Below are positions 23,472 to 34,928 of a stretch of DNA of 64,000 bases, one piece after another. Source of the stretch: Babesia bigemina (lineage: Eukaryota); the NCBI RefSeq assembly GCF_000981445.1, contig NC_027216.1, positions 806,001-870,000 of the forward strand. Reading direction: 5' to 3'. Each line of letters opens with the position of its first letter. Position 1 is the first letter of the stretch. A model generated the notes under the pieces. It was not told the DNA's origin. It made no database searches and worked only from the letters and a program-made list of their open reading frames with translations. Position numbers and translations under genes: made by a program.

Positions 23472-26400
23472 ATGATGGCGTACCAAAGCTTGGCATCGTT
23501 GGTGTTGTGCTTTGCGGCTGGTATGCATATGGCCATGCACGTCGACGCCACTGGCGGCAGAAATACAGAAGGTGCCCTTGGCAAAAAAAAGAACAAAGGG
23601 CACAATCGCGATGATGAGTGGGTGTTTTGCTTGTGTTTTGTAGTATGATTCAGCGATCGCCGAAGCCGTGAAGGTTTCTCTGCTCCCGGTTTTCGCCACG
23701 ATGAAATGCAAGCGCTCCTCCAGAATATTAAAAACCAAGTGGAAACCTCGTCTAGTGGTGGTTCGTCGACATCCTATAGTGGTGGTAAGAAAAATTTCGA
23801 ATGAGGCAACCGTTTTGCAGGCGTGAGCGACCGTGCGCAGGGTATCGATACGTGGTTGGCTGTCTGATTGTGTGGCAGGGTTGCGTGAGGATTTAAATTC
23901 TTCTGATAACGTGTTTTACGGTAAGTGGGATATAATACATGGGCGTGTTCTGTGTATTCCTGTGTAGCATTGGTGTAAGTGAATTAGGTGCGCCGTCGTT
24001 TCACGTGTTTTTGGTGCACATGGTTACACTCAGATGCGGAATCCGTATTCCATGGGAGCGATTTCGTGGTTGAAGCCGCAATAAACGAGAAGGGCAACTT
24101 CGTGTTGTCTTGCCCTCTAGGTTATAGCGTCTCGGTCCAGGACGCTTCGGTGACCTGCGGCAACTATGTTGTCGACTTCAGGTTGAAAGCTTGGGACATC
24201 TGCAGATTGAAGGACACTTGCAGTGTGAGCTACGACGACATGGGGTATTGTTCTATGGCGTGGGAGGATGTAAAGCTCACGGCTGTCTGCACAAAAGGTG
24301 GGTAGGGTCGTCAGCCACGTAAAATGCCATTTCCGCAGTGCGCATCTACGACTGCTTTCTGTTCAGACCGGTGGATATTAATGACGCGGAGTATTGTGAG
24401 CACGTTTGCATGAATTTCTCCAAAAAATGCAAGGGAGCCGACGTGCCGCTTGCTATGTCCATGCGTCTAGACTGTATGACGTCGTATTTCAAAGCGAATA
24501 AGCTTGACTCCAAGTGCGCGTACGTGTTCGGTAGGTCGTTCGCGTCGTTTGTATGATTATGCGCAGAGGGAATGGACGATATGCAGGCAGAGATTAACAA
24601 TGAGGGGTCCGGTCATCGGCGTACGTTGCCCCGCTGCTGTCCTCATGAGTGTCAGAATACGAAATGGGAAAGGTCGAGGCATCCAATGTGAAGTGGACAG
24701 AAGTCAGATTCCGCAAACGCATGGACGACCCGGTGGTATTCACGTCGCTCCCACTTGCGGAGGTCAATTTCATTTACATGAGCATAACGGACGTTACACC
24801 CACCGGGTTCAGGATTTTGGCGCGCGAGTGGATATGCAACGCTAGATGCCGAACGTTGGAAACGCAACAAATGCACACAGTGCAATGGCTGGCCATTAAC
24901 AGGGGGGACCACTCGCAGAATTTGGACGACGGTATATATGCGGGCGTGTTGGATGTGAAAACCAGCGGCAATATTAACCTGCCCATAGATCCCAATAAGT
25001 CGTGGAGTGTTCTGGTCCAGATTCAAGAGCGCCCGTTAGCGTTGACCGACATCCTCGACATTCTCAACCCCGCTCTGGTCATACCTGTGCTGTACGAGCA
25101 GAGGGAAGGGTTCCACGTGAAACTGCTGTACTCGGCCACTGAGGAGACGAAATTCGATGTGAAGCTGGGTTATCTTGCCGTACATCAGAAGGAAACCAAC
25201 GATTTGTACGGCCTGCTTTTGAAGCCGTTTGCCGAACCGATGGGCAACTTTGATAGGGCCGAGATCACATTGCCGATACCGAATACTTGGCCTGAAGCTG
25301 TGCACACGTTTGGCAGCGTCATGATGCAGACAAATCACTTGAACAGCGCGTTACGGTTCGACGTTTGTTCGCTGCTCATGAATTCCGTGGCGCAAGATGC
25401 GGCCGGCGCCGACGAGAACACAAGCTACAACTTAAAACTGGAATTCAAGATTGAATACTTGACGGAACATGGTGTTCGCTCTAACCCCAGTATCGTCGGT
25501 TTCGTAATTCAGGATAAGGCTGCCGCACTGCGGGAAAAGATATGCAGGCATGCGACTAGAATGAATTCCCGCAGCAGCAGCCAGATGTGCCACGACCTTT
25601 GTGTGGGCCCGCAGGGCATTATACGCTGCATTTATAAAGAAGATGTCGCAAAATGTTTCGAAGAGATCAGCCAATGCATTTTGAGGGGGCCTCATATGCA
25701 AAGTCTCCTGGACGAATACTCTGCCTACATCGTGTACCTTGAAGCAGATGCCAAGAATAAGGGGGCAGCGGTTGCCGCCCCCAATGCCGTGGAGGAATCG
25801 AGAGGCCGCTCGCTTAGCGCTGAAGATTCTGCGGACCCTCCTGATTCGGCCTTGCCGCCAGACAGCCCCCCTGCGGAGGATGACAGGGTTGTTGTGGATC
25901 GCGACTGCATCGAGGGCCCTTGGGGCGAGTGGTCCAGCTGCAGCCACCTGTGCCACACCGATACTGTGAAGGCGAAACAACGCCGCCGTCGCCAGATCTA
26001 TGCCGACAAATTGGGCAGCAATTCTCGGCCGTGCTTGCTAGTAGACAGCCGCACGTGCGAGGGCGTTCCTCACTGCTCCGAGTTCTGTTACTCCCGTGAG
26101 GGATCTGGCGATGAGCAAACCTTCCAGCAGAGGTTCTACTACATCTGGTCGGACAACTGCAGGAACCCGAACGCGACGTCTGTAGTTGAAAAGGAAAGCT
26201 TTGGGTACACTGGGGGGTCGCAGTTCGATACCGTGGTTGTCACCCGCATGGGTATTCCGAACCTGCTCCCACGGTCACCCGGCTCTCCGTCATCGTACGC
26301 CGGAGACTCGGCGAGCGGAGTCGACAGCCAGTGCATCGATGCCACCAACTGGTCCAAGTGCAACGCGCCCTGTTTCCTCGAAACACGTGACCAAGCCATT

Positions 26401-28141
26401 GAGTACCTACGTGCGCCAATAAAGTGCCTGGACCACCGTCGTCCGTGCACAACCAAGCTGGCAGAGTGCCCGTCCGAGGAGTCGCTGCGGGCTGTGGAGG
26501 AATTCGGTTCGTGCTCGCTGACCCACACCTTCTACGACCCCGTGGCGCAGTCCTGGACCAGAGACGGCGCGTGCGTCTGCGAGGGCGGCGTAGCGTGCAC
26601 TCCGCAGGAGGTCTACGTCCTGGGTGACATCCCTGAGCTTATAGCCACTGGGTCCGACACTCATCTTGAGCACGTGATCCGCGCGACTCCATTCCAGCCG
26701 TACATATCGCTGGCGGACAACCACCGCATAGAGATGCCTGCGGAGATGGTGCGTGACGTGACGTACGGCCTGTTTAAACCTGGCGAGGTTGCCAACTTCT
26801 GCGCCACCGGCAGCCCCGAGATTCCTGCGTTTGACCATAAACTCATCTGGGTAGACTGCAGTTTGGCCGTGTCCTCCGTGTATGGCCGTGATCCCCGTTG
26901 CTCGTCGCGTTGTGCGCTGCTGCGGCAAACGTGCCATGAGGAGATACCTCGAGAGGCGCCCGAGACGATAGGCGAATGCGTGAAAGCCAGGCTCTCCAAT
27001 GCTAAGGATGACATTTACGTGTTGAATTTCAAGCACCACAAATGCACCAGTCCCGTATCGGGTCCGGGTGTTACCGCTGAGGAGCAGGTTTGCAACGTCA
27101 AATCGTGGCTGGAGAGCACCACCCAGATGTGCACGCTGCTCTGCCGCCGCATGTTCAACATGTGCAAGATAAAGTCGCTGCACGCGTACGAGGAGAATGT
27201 GCGCAGGTGCATGCTGCGTCACGCACAAATGAACGATGTGCCCATGGCCGACGGCACCCCCATGGATTTCAACGTGCTCTGCACCTACAAACACACCAAA
27301 CTGGTCGGCGGCGGTCTGGTGTACTGCAAGAAGCGCAAGTCAACGTGCACGTCCGAGGGCTGGGAGCCGTGGAGCGATTGCTCCGCGAGCTGCATCACCC
27401 TGCGGGATGGCACTCCGGTCGTCCCCACCCGTCAACGCAAGCGCAAACAGAGCATTGTGACTCCCGCTGATCACGCCAATTGCGTGCGGAAGGGCATAAA
27501 GTTTTACGAGGAGGTACCTTGCCTGTGGCTGCCGCAGTGCGCGGACGACCCGTCGATCCATGCGGCGATATCGAAGACTCGTGCTCGCGTCGCCTGGGAC
27601 GTGCCGTTTGACACGCCATGGAACCTCCAGAGCTGGCTGCTGAAGGACGCCCGTGATGGCGAGAGTGAGGTTACCGAGGACCACATGTGCCAGCTTTTCA
27701 GCGGGCAGCGCGACATTTCGAACAACAAGATCATCTACCAGGTACGCGTTCCTATACGTCTGTGTGCACATGTCCGCTCAGAAGAGCCGCTGCTCGTGTC
27801 CGCGTCAAATGACGGCATGTACCGTGCTCGAGTCTATCCACTCGTCCGGCTGGTTTTCCATGCTGCAGCTGCTGTGCCAGGAGGACTCCATGCGATCTGT
27901 GATGTTCAGGCACTCCAAGGGCTACTACCGGTACAGCTGCCTGAGCCGCACATTTTTACGTGAAGATTTCGAAGCGCACAAGGAGCTCTGCAACGAGGGT
28001 GACGGCACGTCGTTCGTGAGCTGCCAGGGTCCGGCGCAAGACACGCACGTCTACGTCTTCTCCGCGCTGTCTCTGGTGATGGGCGCGCTCACCGCTGTGC
28101 TTGTGGTCACTTACACGCGGAGCAGGTCGTCTTTGCTTTGA
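23472..28141 (+). CDS. TSP1-domain, H-type-lectin-like type I membrane adhesin (MIC14/MIC15-like), multi-exon
   Basis: Signal peptide. H-lectin-like EVRFRKRMDDPVVF..DVTPTGFRI..VQWLAI. Three TSR motifs (WGEWSSCS, NWSKCNAPC, WEPWSDCSASC). C-terminal TM after intron 27742..27781. The 3' end may alternatively splice to 28207. Confidence 0.8.
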
Positions 28142-28251
28142 GGCATTGCGTGGGTCCTGCCCCCGCTGATTCACGCCTGACCTTTGCGACGCAGTCGTGG
28201 CACCTAATCACGTCCATGTCGCACACTTTTTACTGCTCCGGCGCGCCAACG

Positions 28252-29024
28252 ATGAAGAATTATGTCTTTTTGTACGGCATCTATCTGTCGTCGCTGCTGA
28301 CTGCGGCGGAGCGCAGAGTCGGCCAGCCCGTTCCCCACTCGCCGAGCTCGCCTCCGGTGGGTCGTTCCGCATCTGTGGCATCCCATCCGCACTTCAAGCC
28401 TAAGGTGAGGGGCTCTTTCATATACCGGGAGGAGCTCGACGCCTGCCCCAACCTGCTGAACCTCCTGGAGAGCTCCACCGAGGAAGGTCCGAAATGGAAA
28501 TTCGTGCTCCACGTCGTGACGTGCACGCTGTGCATGGTTGGCAGCTGCTGCCTCATATTCCTGAGCCTGCTCCAGACCGGCCGCTTATTTTCGCAGGTAA
28601 GGTGCCGTGCCGTTTGTATTTCATGTCGCCTCAGGGGATGTGGAGCCTGAAGTTCTACCAAAGCGGCGGCTTCTGCATCCTTGGCGCCGCGTTTGCGGGT
28701 CTGCTGCTTGGCATGTGCCTAGGTTTCAGCCTCGGCACATACTATATGGCCTATCTGATCTCTGGATTCATGTTGTTGGGTGCCGCGGTAATCTACGTGG
28801 GGCGTCGTGGCGCCGTCCTCGGGGCAGTTGGCGGCACGATAGTTGGCCTCACGCTAGGCGTGTCCCACTCCGGGTCCGTGAGCGCCGTAGTGGTGGAGGG
28901 TGTCCTCTGCCTGTTCGCCGGGATCGCCATAGGGTTCATTCCTATCTTCCCCAACCTGAAGATAAACGTTCGCTACATCCAACACGGAGTGCGTGCCAAC
29001 GCAATGCTCGGTGTTTCGCAATGA
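28252..29024 (+). CDS. Signal-peptide multi-pass membrane protein with glycine-zipper helices, 2 exons
   Basis: MKNYVFLYGIYLSSLLTAA signal. About 5 hydrophobic helices rich in GxxxG. Phase-0 intron 28597..28634. Confidence 0.7.
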
Positions 29025-29119
29025 TCGCGCATCGTCCGGAGCAACTAAAGTATAAAATTACGATGTATAATGTTCGCGGCGCGCGCCAGACCTGCTAGGC
29101 GCGTCGATTTGACGCAGTG

Positions 29120-29896
29120 TCAATAAAAGTACTTGTGCTCCTCCGGCCAGCTGAACGTGTACCTCTGCCTCAGTATGGCCAGCGAGTATCCCACAGAATC
29201 CTGTATCTTGGCCGTGTACCTCGGGTGCTCCTGTTTGAGCTGAGCGTATCGCTCCAGCACGTGCTTGATGTGCTTGTCGATGTTGCCTGCGGCCAGGGGC
29301 GTTTCGGTCGCCGGCTTGCCTCCGAAATGCGGGAGCTCTTCGATGAGCTCGAAAATGTGGTCCTGTACATCCTCCACCTTGTAGAGCGCATCGAATATCT
29401 CCAGCGTCTTGCTCAACATAATCTGGACCTGCATGTCCGAGACGTCCTCCGCCATGCGCTTGAGCCTTGCGAGTGTGCCGTCCCACAGGTCGGCGTTCAT
29501 GGTGAGCAGTATGGAGTCGTGCCAGTTTGCGGCCATAACCGTGTCGTGCAGCTCCTTGAGGTCCTCGTATAGCTCGATGCGGTGCCCCTCGACGTTGCAC
29601 TCCGCCTCGCGCAGCGGTGCTGCTGAGGGTCGCATGGATGCGAGTTTGCCCTGCGCCATCCGCTCGTTCATGTGGACCATCTGCTGTATCTGCTCACAGG
29701 CGATGGGCGGGAGCCCGTCGCCCCTGTAGGCGAAATGCGGAGGCTCGTGATGTGCGTGTCCATGGAATCGCGCGGCGGCTTGTCCTGGACACACCGTTCT
29801 GGGCGCGTACGGCCGCGCGGAGCCCAGCAGGGCCGTACGACCCGCGTGAAGGCCGTTGCCCGAAAAAATTGCGCGACACCAAGCGTTCAGAGACAT
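29120..29896 (-). CDS. Conserved hypothetical helical protein with mitochondrial-type presequence
   Basis: Single ORF from MSLNAWCRAIFSG (Arg/Ala-rich leader) to ..RQRYTFSWPEEHKYFY. Strong GC3 bias. Confidence 0.7.
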   Translation of the reverse strand: MSLNAWCRAIFSGNGLHAGRTALLGSARPYAPRTVCPGQAAARFHGHAHHEPPHFAYRGDGLPPIACEQIQQMVHMNERMAQGKLASMRPSAAPLREAECNVEGHRIELYEDLKELHDTVMAANWHDSILLTMNADLWDGTLARLKRMAEDVSDMQVQIMLSKTLEIFDALYKVEDVQDHIFELIEELPHFGGKPATETPLAAGNIDKHIKHVLERYAQLKQEHPRYTAKIQDSVGYSLAILRQRYTFSWPEEHKYFY

Positions 29897-29987
29897 GGTT
29901 TTTTGACTGTTCGCGTGCCGACTGTGCCCCCGCCTCCCCATGACACACCCGAGTGTATAGTTACAAAATTTAAAACTACTGTACACT

Positions 29988-32900
29988 TCAGTCGCTCTTT
30001 TTCTCAGCGCTGTTACGCTTCCTGCGGTTCTTAATGAGGTACAAAATGACCGCGTAAGTGCAGAATACCACGCCCAGGCAGACACCCATGAGCGTGAACT
30101 GTTTGCTGCGCAGCGTAATCGGCTTGGTGTCGGAGGCCTGGCAGGCCACGTACTCTTCGTTGTCGAAGTACTCGCAGGCCAGAGGCCCGCTGTACTCCGT
30201 CTGCATGAACAGCATCCCTATGTTGCAGTAGTATCGGTAGTCCCTGATAGTCCCTTCAAAACCTATGGACGCCAGCGGCCGCTTCTGGCAGAAGTTTTGC
30301 ATCCCCACCATCCACATGGGATCGGCCATGGCGGTCGCGAATGAGCACGGCTTGTGCCCGTGCGGGCAACCGCAGATGGTACCCTTGGAGGAGAAGATTT
30401 TGGACGACTTGTATATTTGGCAGGATGCGGACTCGCTGGATGTGTTGCGCAGCTCCGGATACTGCAAATATGTCTGCTCCAACCAGTTGACGTTATTTTC
30501 GTTGTGGTGTTCGCTGTACGCCTCGTAGTCCACCAAGTGGATGCCGTCTTCCTCGCTGAAGCTATCGATCCATCTGCCCTTTTCGCAGCCGGGAAGGTGT
30601 AGGCAGAGTTCGAACTGCAGTGTCCCCTCTCGCAGGCGGAAGAACGTATTTTTGGCTGCCGCTGCCATCCTTCGTGTCCTGTACCGCGTTGCCACGTTTT
30701 CGAAGTCGTTACAATTCGCGGTGCATTCTGACCACTGACTCCAGTTCTCGTATCCATCCGTTTCCGTGGGGAACCTGCACATCACATATCCAGAGCCCGC
30801 CTTGCGGGATGGGCTGAACTTGCAATTCTGCTTGAACCGTTCTACGGAGGCCATCGTGGCCTCGAACAGCGTTGGTGGCCCGGCAGGTGTGGTAGGCTCT
30901 GCTTCGCCCATATGCCGTGCCATACATGCGACAAGCGTGTCTGGGTTGTTGAGAAGTTCTTCGGCCTCACAGTGCAAGATGGCGTTTTGTGTAAGGATAA
31001 TGCAAGGCATTTTGTCGGCTTGTTCCGTTTCCATTGTGCCGATAAACGCCCTGTAGTATTCCTCGTCGAACGTAGAGTCTAAGGTTGGCGGCAGTTTGCA
31101 TCCGTACTCCTTGAAAATATCAGCCTCGTATCTGAAGTCTGTCAGCCTGTCTTTGATGCACTTCAGATATTTCTTGTGATTCGTCAGGCACTTCGCCCGA
31201 ACTGTTCGGCAGAGCGCGCCGCATTCAAAGTCTGTCATTGTTGACGAGGTTGACACAACCGTTGAGCAGTCGTATTTGTGGGCGTACTGCCTGACCGGAC
31301 GCTCCGTCATTGCTTTCATGGCAGCATACACGGGCCCGTGTCTGCAGTAGTTCTCTAGCTCTCCTTCAGCAAATTGCGTGTACGTGAACGTTTCGTCATC
31401 CACCCCCAGCGGGCAATGTAACCGCTGGTTGTCTGCCAGCGACACGTACGTCAGCGAGTCGGGTAGCGCATTTTGCTTCCACACATTAAAGAACGCCTGT
31501 TTGTAGTTGAGGCTGGGACAGAATCCCGAGTCTATTAGGTCCCTGTATACGTCATTCCTGGTGTAGTGTAATTCTTTAGCTGTGCAGGGCACTGATCCGG
31601 GTATGGAGCAGTGGCAGCTTCGCGTTTCCTTGTTGACCCATGAACCCTCCTCCTGGGAGTACGACGCCCTCGAGATGAAGCACCTGTTTTGAAAAAGCGT
31701 GTGCAACAGCTTCAGGGTCTCCTCCTGCTCATCGGGCAGTACGCATCTGTGGAAGAAGCTGGCGTCTTCGGCGGACACTGTCCTGAGTTTTGCAAGGCAC
31801 AGGAGGTGATTGCGTTCCTTGGTCTCCCTGCACGATTGCAGCAGCCTTACGCACTCCTCTTGGCAAATTACGTCATCCGCCTCTGAGAAGTACAGGCTCC
31901 TGACCTGCTTGCAAACGAGAGGCGCTTTGAGGCCACAGTCCTCCTGATGCTCACAGAGTCTTTTATCGATTTTGTCTGAGAGTTCGTATGTGCTGTGCGC
32001 GTCACACCTGGTAGACACTTTGTACTGGCGCCCTACATCGTCGTTGCAGACGGAGGAACATCCTGACCACTCGGACCACAGGTGGCAGTTTCTATTTTCC
32101 TGATCCTCCTGAAACTCTAGGAGTGATGTTTCGTCAGCTGTTCGCTGTTTGGAGTGCGATTTGCCCCCCTGGGCCTTTCTCCTCCGAGCCTTTTCACTAT
32201 GCGCTCCCCTTTCATCGACTCTGCTGGTTAACTGGATGTTGGACGGCGAATGGGGCCCGCTCTGCAGAAGTCTTCCACCACTAGAAAATGAAAGATCATC
32301 AGTCTCGTCGCTGTCATCTGAATCCATGGTCTCGTCCTCCACTTCCAACGTCGGCGAGTCTTGCCGGTGGCCAATCTCACCTCCGTCTCCTGGATCCCCA
32401 TCACGGTTACGCTTCACTTGAGTTCTGCGGTATCCTCTGGGTTCAGTCCGACCTGATACGCCGCTGGTATGCAGCATGCGCCTCGGTTGACGCAACGCGC
32501 TGCTTTGAGGTAAATAGCGAGGCTGGTTTCTATTTTCTTTCCCGTGGAGCGTTTCCCCCGTCTCGTAATCAGCACCTTTACGACCATCATCACGCATATA
32601 ATCTTCATCTTCATCCTCTTCCCCGTCGTCGTCCTCTTCACCTTCGTCGTCGTCCTCTTCACCTTCATCTTCGTCCTCTTCCTCCTCCTCGTCGTCCTCT
32701 CCTTCTCCCAATGTAAACTCATCATCGCCACCAGGTTTGCAATCTCTGACTTCCACCTTCTCTGCGGTATCACAATGTACGGTATAGCTCTTCACGTATC
32801 TTTCCCTGTGCTGTTTGTACTTGACACACCTGGACCAATCGGTCCATTCCGTCAAGAGGCAGATTTTACTACATACGGGTATTTCGCCTTCTACGCACGG

Positions 32901-34928
32901 CTTCGTTTCCTCTATGACGCACTTGCGACCGTTTCCCGACGGTTTCTGCAGCACGTAACGTACACGTTTCCTGATAACCACTCCGTCATCCGGGATACAC
33001 TCGGCGCTGCATTGCCCCCATTCCGCCCATTCGGACTCGATACAGTCCACGGAAACATCTTCTTCAGGCAGTTCCGGCTCCTCTTTCAAGTGATCGAAAT
33101 ACTGATTCATATGTATAATGCCGTCCTTGTGGCATAAACCAAAGACTGTTCGATTCTCGAAAATTTCTTCGACAGTTTTTGCTTTGCCGTTTACCACCAG
33201 CTTATCCCACATGGACGTAAGAGGAGTCCACTCGACCTCGTCACGGTCGTTGATGTTCTCACAAAATTTGGCCGAGAGGTGCCCGTCTATGACCACCAGG
33301 ACATCATCTTGTTTACCCTCACCTTCTTTGGCTCGGCATAGCTCTTCGGCGTGGCGTTCCCATTGATATTTGTGCTTCTTCAGTTCGTCGATTTTGGCGG
33401 CATCTAGCAGCCCCTTGCATACCGCACCTTTCAGTTCGTACGAGAGCACGTGTATTAAATCGACAAACGTAGGTGGATTCTCCACAACCTTGTGCTCCTG
33501 ACTTTTGTACACGTACCCATCGATCTCGCACGCCACGTTCATGTATGCTTTTAGGCAAGATGCACGCCCCCGGCATAGATGGTACTGCGCCAAACATGAT
33601 CTCTTGCACTCCATGTCTTCGGTTTCTTTCCACGGTTTTTGCCGCTCCTTTTGCGCCGAAAGTTTCGTCGAGTATGCGTCGTAACAATTCTTGTACCTGA
33701 ACTTGTCGATATCATCCTCCTTGGCATCGGTGGCATTCCCCACCAACATGAGTGCGAAGTTGGGTGTGTCTATATGCGGTAGCGTAATGAGCGACTCGGG
33801 TTCTAGGTGGCAGAAAAAGCTTCCGTGTTCGCTGGCAACATAGTCGAACCAACAGGATTCCACTGGAATTGCACTGGTGATACGGTTGTAGTGCGGGGTG
33901 AAAAATATTAGCCCCTGCTCTGGCTTGGCCATTTCGAGTTGCACCCCCTCCTTACTTCTGCGCCACGCTGGGAATGAGATCGGTAGGTTTCCGAACATCA
34001 CCTTCGCGCCGTTTTTGAAGTGGTTCATGTCTACCAGTAGCACTGCTACTTCGGCCGAGACCGACGACCCCTCTTTTCCTATTTCTTCACTAAGGTATGT
34101 GGGCTGGATATTAACTGTTATGCTATTTTCCGTCGTGATTAACGCCGCCGTCACCTCCACATTCGTCGAAAGCTCTTGCACGAACATTGCGATGTTCTCC
34201 GACCAACCCTGCGCATTTGTGAGGTCAATACCGTGCCTATGCCGCTCCTTGCTAGTGATTTTGTACTTTTGCAGGTCTACGTGGTAGTGCCTGAAACCCT
34301 TGAGCAGGTCTGACTCGTCGATTGCTATCCATTGTACGAACAACTCCGACCCTGATGTAGTGTCGCTGCTCGCCGGTACCCCCTTGATGGAGAGATTGAA
34401 GTTTGTCTTGTTTACGACGTTTACCGCGACCCTGGCCTTTGGCGGCAAGTGTTCGCCGGAATCCGTGATGAGCTGTACGAACACGATGGGGGAGGTCATG
34501 TTTGAGACGCTGACCGTCTTCACGCCGGTTTCCTTTATGGGTACGATGCCCGAAGCGATCCGAAGCCCCGTGTTGACATCCTTACTCATGGCAAAGATGC
34601 AACTCTTATCGTATTCTTCTGCGGCACTGCTGAAGCACTCCGCGGTCACGGGTATTCCCTCAATCTCGATGTCTTTGGGCATCGTGCGTTCCGCAGCGAG
34701 GCACGTGCCCGCGATGTGCACGCAGATATCGCGGCACTGATCCACTTGGAAGCTTCCATCTCTCTTTAGGACGGTGTGGTTGCAGTAGACAATGTCCACC
34801 TGCGTGCCCGGCGGTGTGTCCAACTCCGAGTCCCACTGCGTGTTCACCGACGTGCCCACTATCGCGTTCTCTTCGGCTGCCGCAGCTGTGGCGAAGCACA
34901 GCAACGCCAACGCGCACAAGGCTCGCAT
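29988..34928 (-). CDS. TSP1-domain, H-type-lectin-like type I membrane adhesin (MIC14/MIC15-like), 1646 aa, single exon
   Basis: Signal peptide. H-lectin-like SPIVFVQL..NKTNFNL..VQWIAI. Four TSR motifs, an acidic tract, and a C-terminal TM with a short basic tail. Confidence 0.88.
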   Translation of the reverse strand: MRALCALALLCFATAAAAEENAIVGTSVNTQWDSELDTPPGTQVDIVYCNHTVLKRDGSFQVDQCRDICVHIAGTCLAAERTMPKDIEIEGIPVTAECFSSAAEEYDKSCIFAMSKDVNTGLRIASGIVPIKETGVKTVSVSNMTSPIVFVQLITDSGEHLPPKARVAVNVVNKTNFNLSIKGVPASSDTTSGSELFVQWIAIDESDLLKGFRHYHVDLQKYKITSKERHRHGIDLTNAQGWSENIAMFVQELSTNVEVTAALITTENSITVNIQPTYLSEEIGKEGSSVSAEVAVLLVDMNHFKNGAKVMFGNLPISFPAWRRSKEGVQLEMAKPEQGLIFFTPHYNRITSAIPVESCWFDYVASEHGSFFCHLEPESLITLPHIDTPNFALMLVGNATDAKEDDIDKFRYKNCYDAYSTKLSAQKERQKPWKETEDMECKRSCLAQYHLCRGRASCLKAYMNVACEIDGYVYKSQEHKVVENPPTFVDLIHVLSYELKGAVCKGLLDAAKIDELKKHKYQWERHAEELCRAKEGEGKQDDVLVVIDGHLSAKFCENINDRDEVEWTPLTSMWDKLVVNGKAKTVEEIFENRTVFGLCHKDGIIHMNQYFDHLKEEPELPEEDVSVDCIESEWAEWGQCSAECIPDDGVVIRKRVRYVLQKPSGNGRKCVIEETKPCVEGEIPVCSKICLLTEWTDWSRCVKYKQHRERYVKSYTVHCDTAEKVEVRDCKPGGDDEFTLGEGEDDEEEEEDEDEGEEDDDEGEEDDDGEEDEDEDYMRDDGRKGADYETGETLHGKENRNQPRYLPQSSALRQPRRMLHTSGVSGRTEPRGYRRTQVKRNRDGDPGDGGEIGHRQDSPTLEVEDETMDSDDSDETDDLSFSSGGRLLQSGPHSPSNIQLTSRVDERGAHSEKARRRKAQGGKSHSKQRTADETSLLEFQEDQENRNCHLWSEWSGCSSVCNDDVGRQYKVSTRCDAHSTYELSDKIDKRLCEHQEDCGLKAPLVCKQVRSLYFSEADDVICQEECVRLLQSCRETKERNHLLCLAKLRTVSAEDASFFHRCVLPDEQEETLKLLHTLFQNRCFISRASYSQEEGSWVNKETRSCHCSIPGSVPCTAKELHYTRNDVYRDLIDSGFCPSLNYKQAFFNVWKQNALPDSLTYVSLADNQRLHCPLGVDDETFTYTQFAEGELENYCRHGPVYAAMKAMTERPVRQYAHKYDCSTVVSTSSTMTDFECGALCRTVRAKCLTNHKKYLKCIKDRLTDFRYEADIFKEYGCKLPPTLDSTFDEEYYRAFIGTMETEQADKMPCIILTQNAILHCEAEELLNNPDTLVACMARHMGEAEPTTPAGPPTLFEATMASVERFKQNCKFSPSRKAGSGYVMCRFPTETDGYENWSQWSECTANCNDFENVATRYRTRRMAAAAKNTFFRLREGTLQFELCLHLPGCEKGRWIDSFSEEDGIHLVDYEAYSEHHNENNVNWLEQTYLQYPELRNTSSESASCQIYKSSKIFSSKGTICGCPHGHKPCSFATAMADPMWMVGMQNFCQKRPLASIGFEGTIRDYRYYCNIGMLFMQTEYSGPLACEYFDNEEYVACQASDTKPITLRSKQFTLMGVCLGVVFCTYAVILYLIKNRRKRNSAEKKSD
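32601..32726. repeat. Asp/Glu low-complexity coding tract with a 21-bp tandem duplication
   Basis: GTCGTCGTCCTCTTCACCTTC at 32625..32645 and 32646..32666 (EGEEDDD x2). Confidence 0.85.

Noticed and set aside
28100..28252. Fusion of the TSP1 adhesin with the downstream multi-TM ORF
   Set aside because: The best donor/acceptor pair (28126..28194) leads to a stop at 28207, and the downstream ORF has its own signal peptide.
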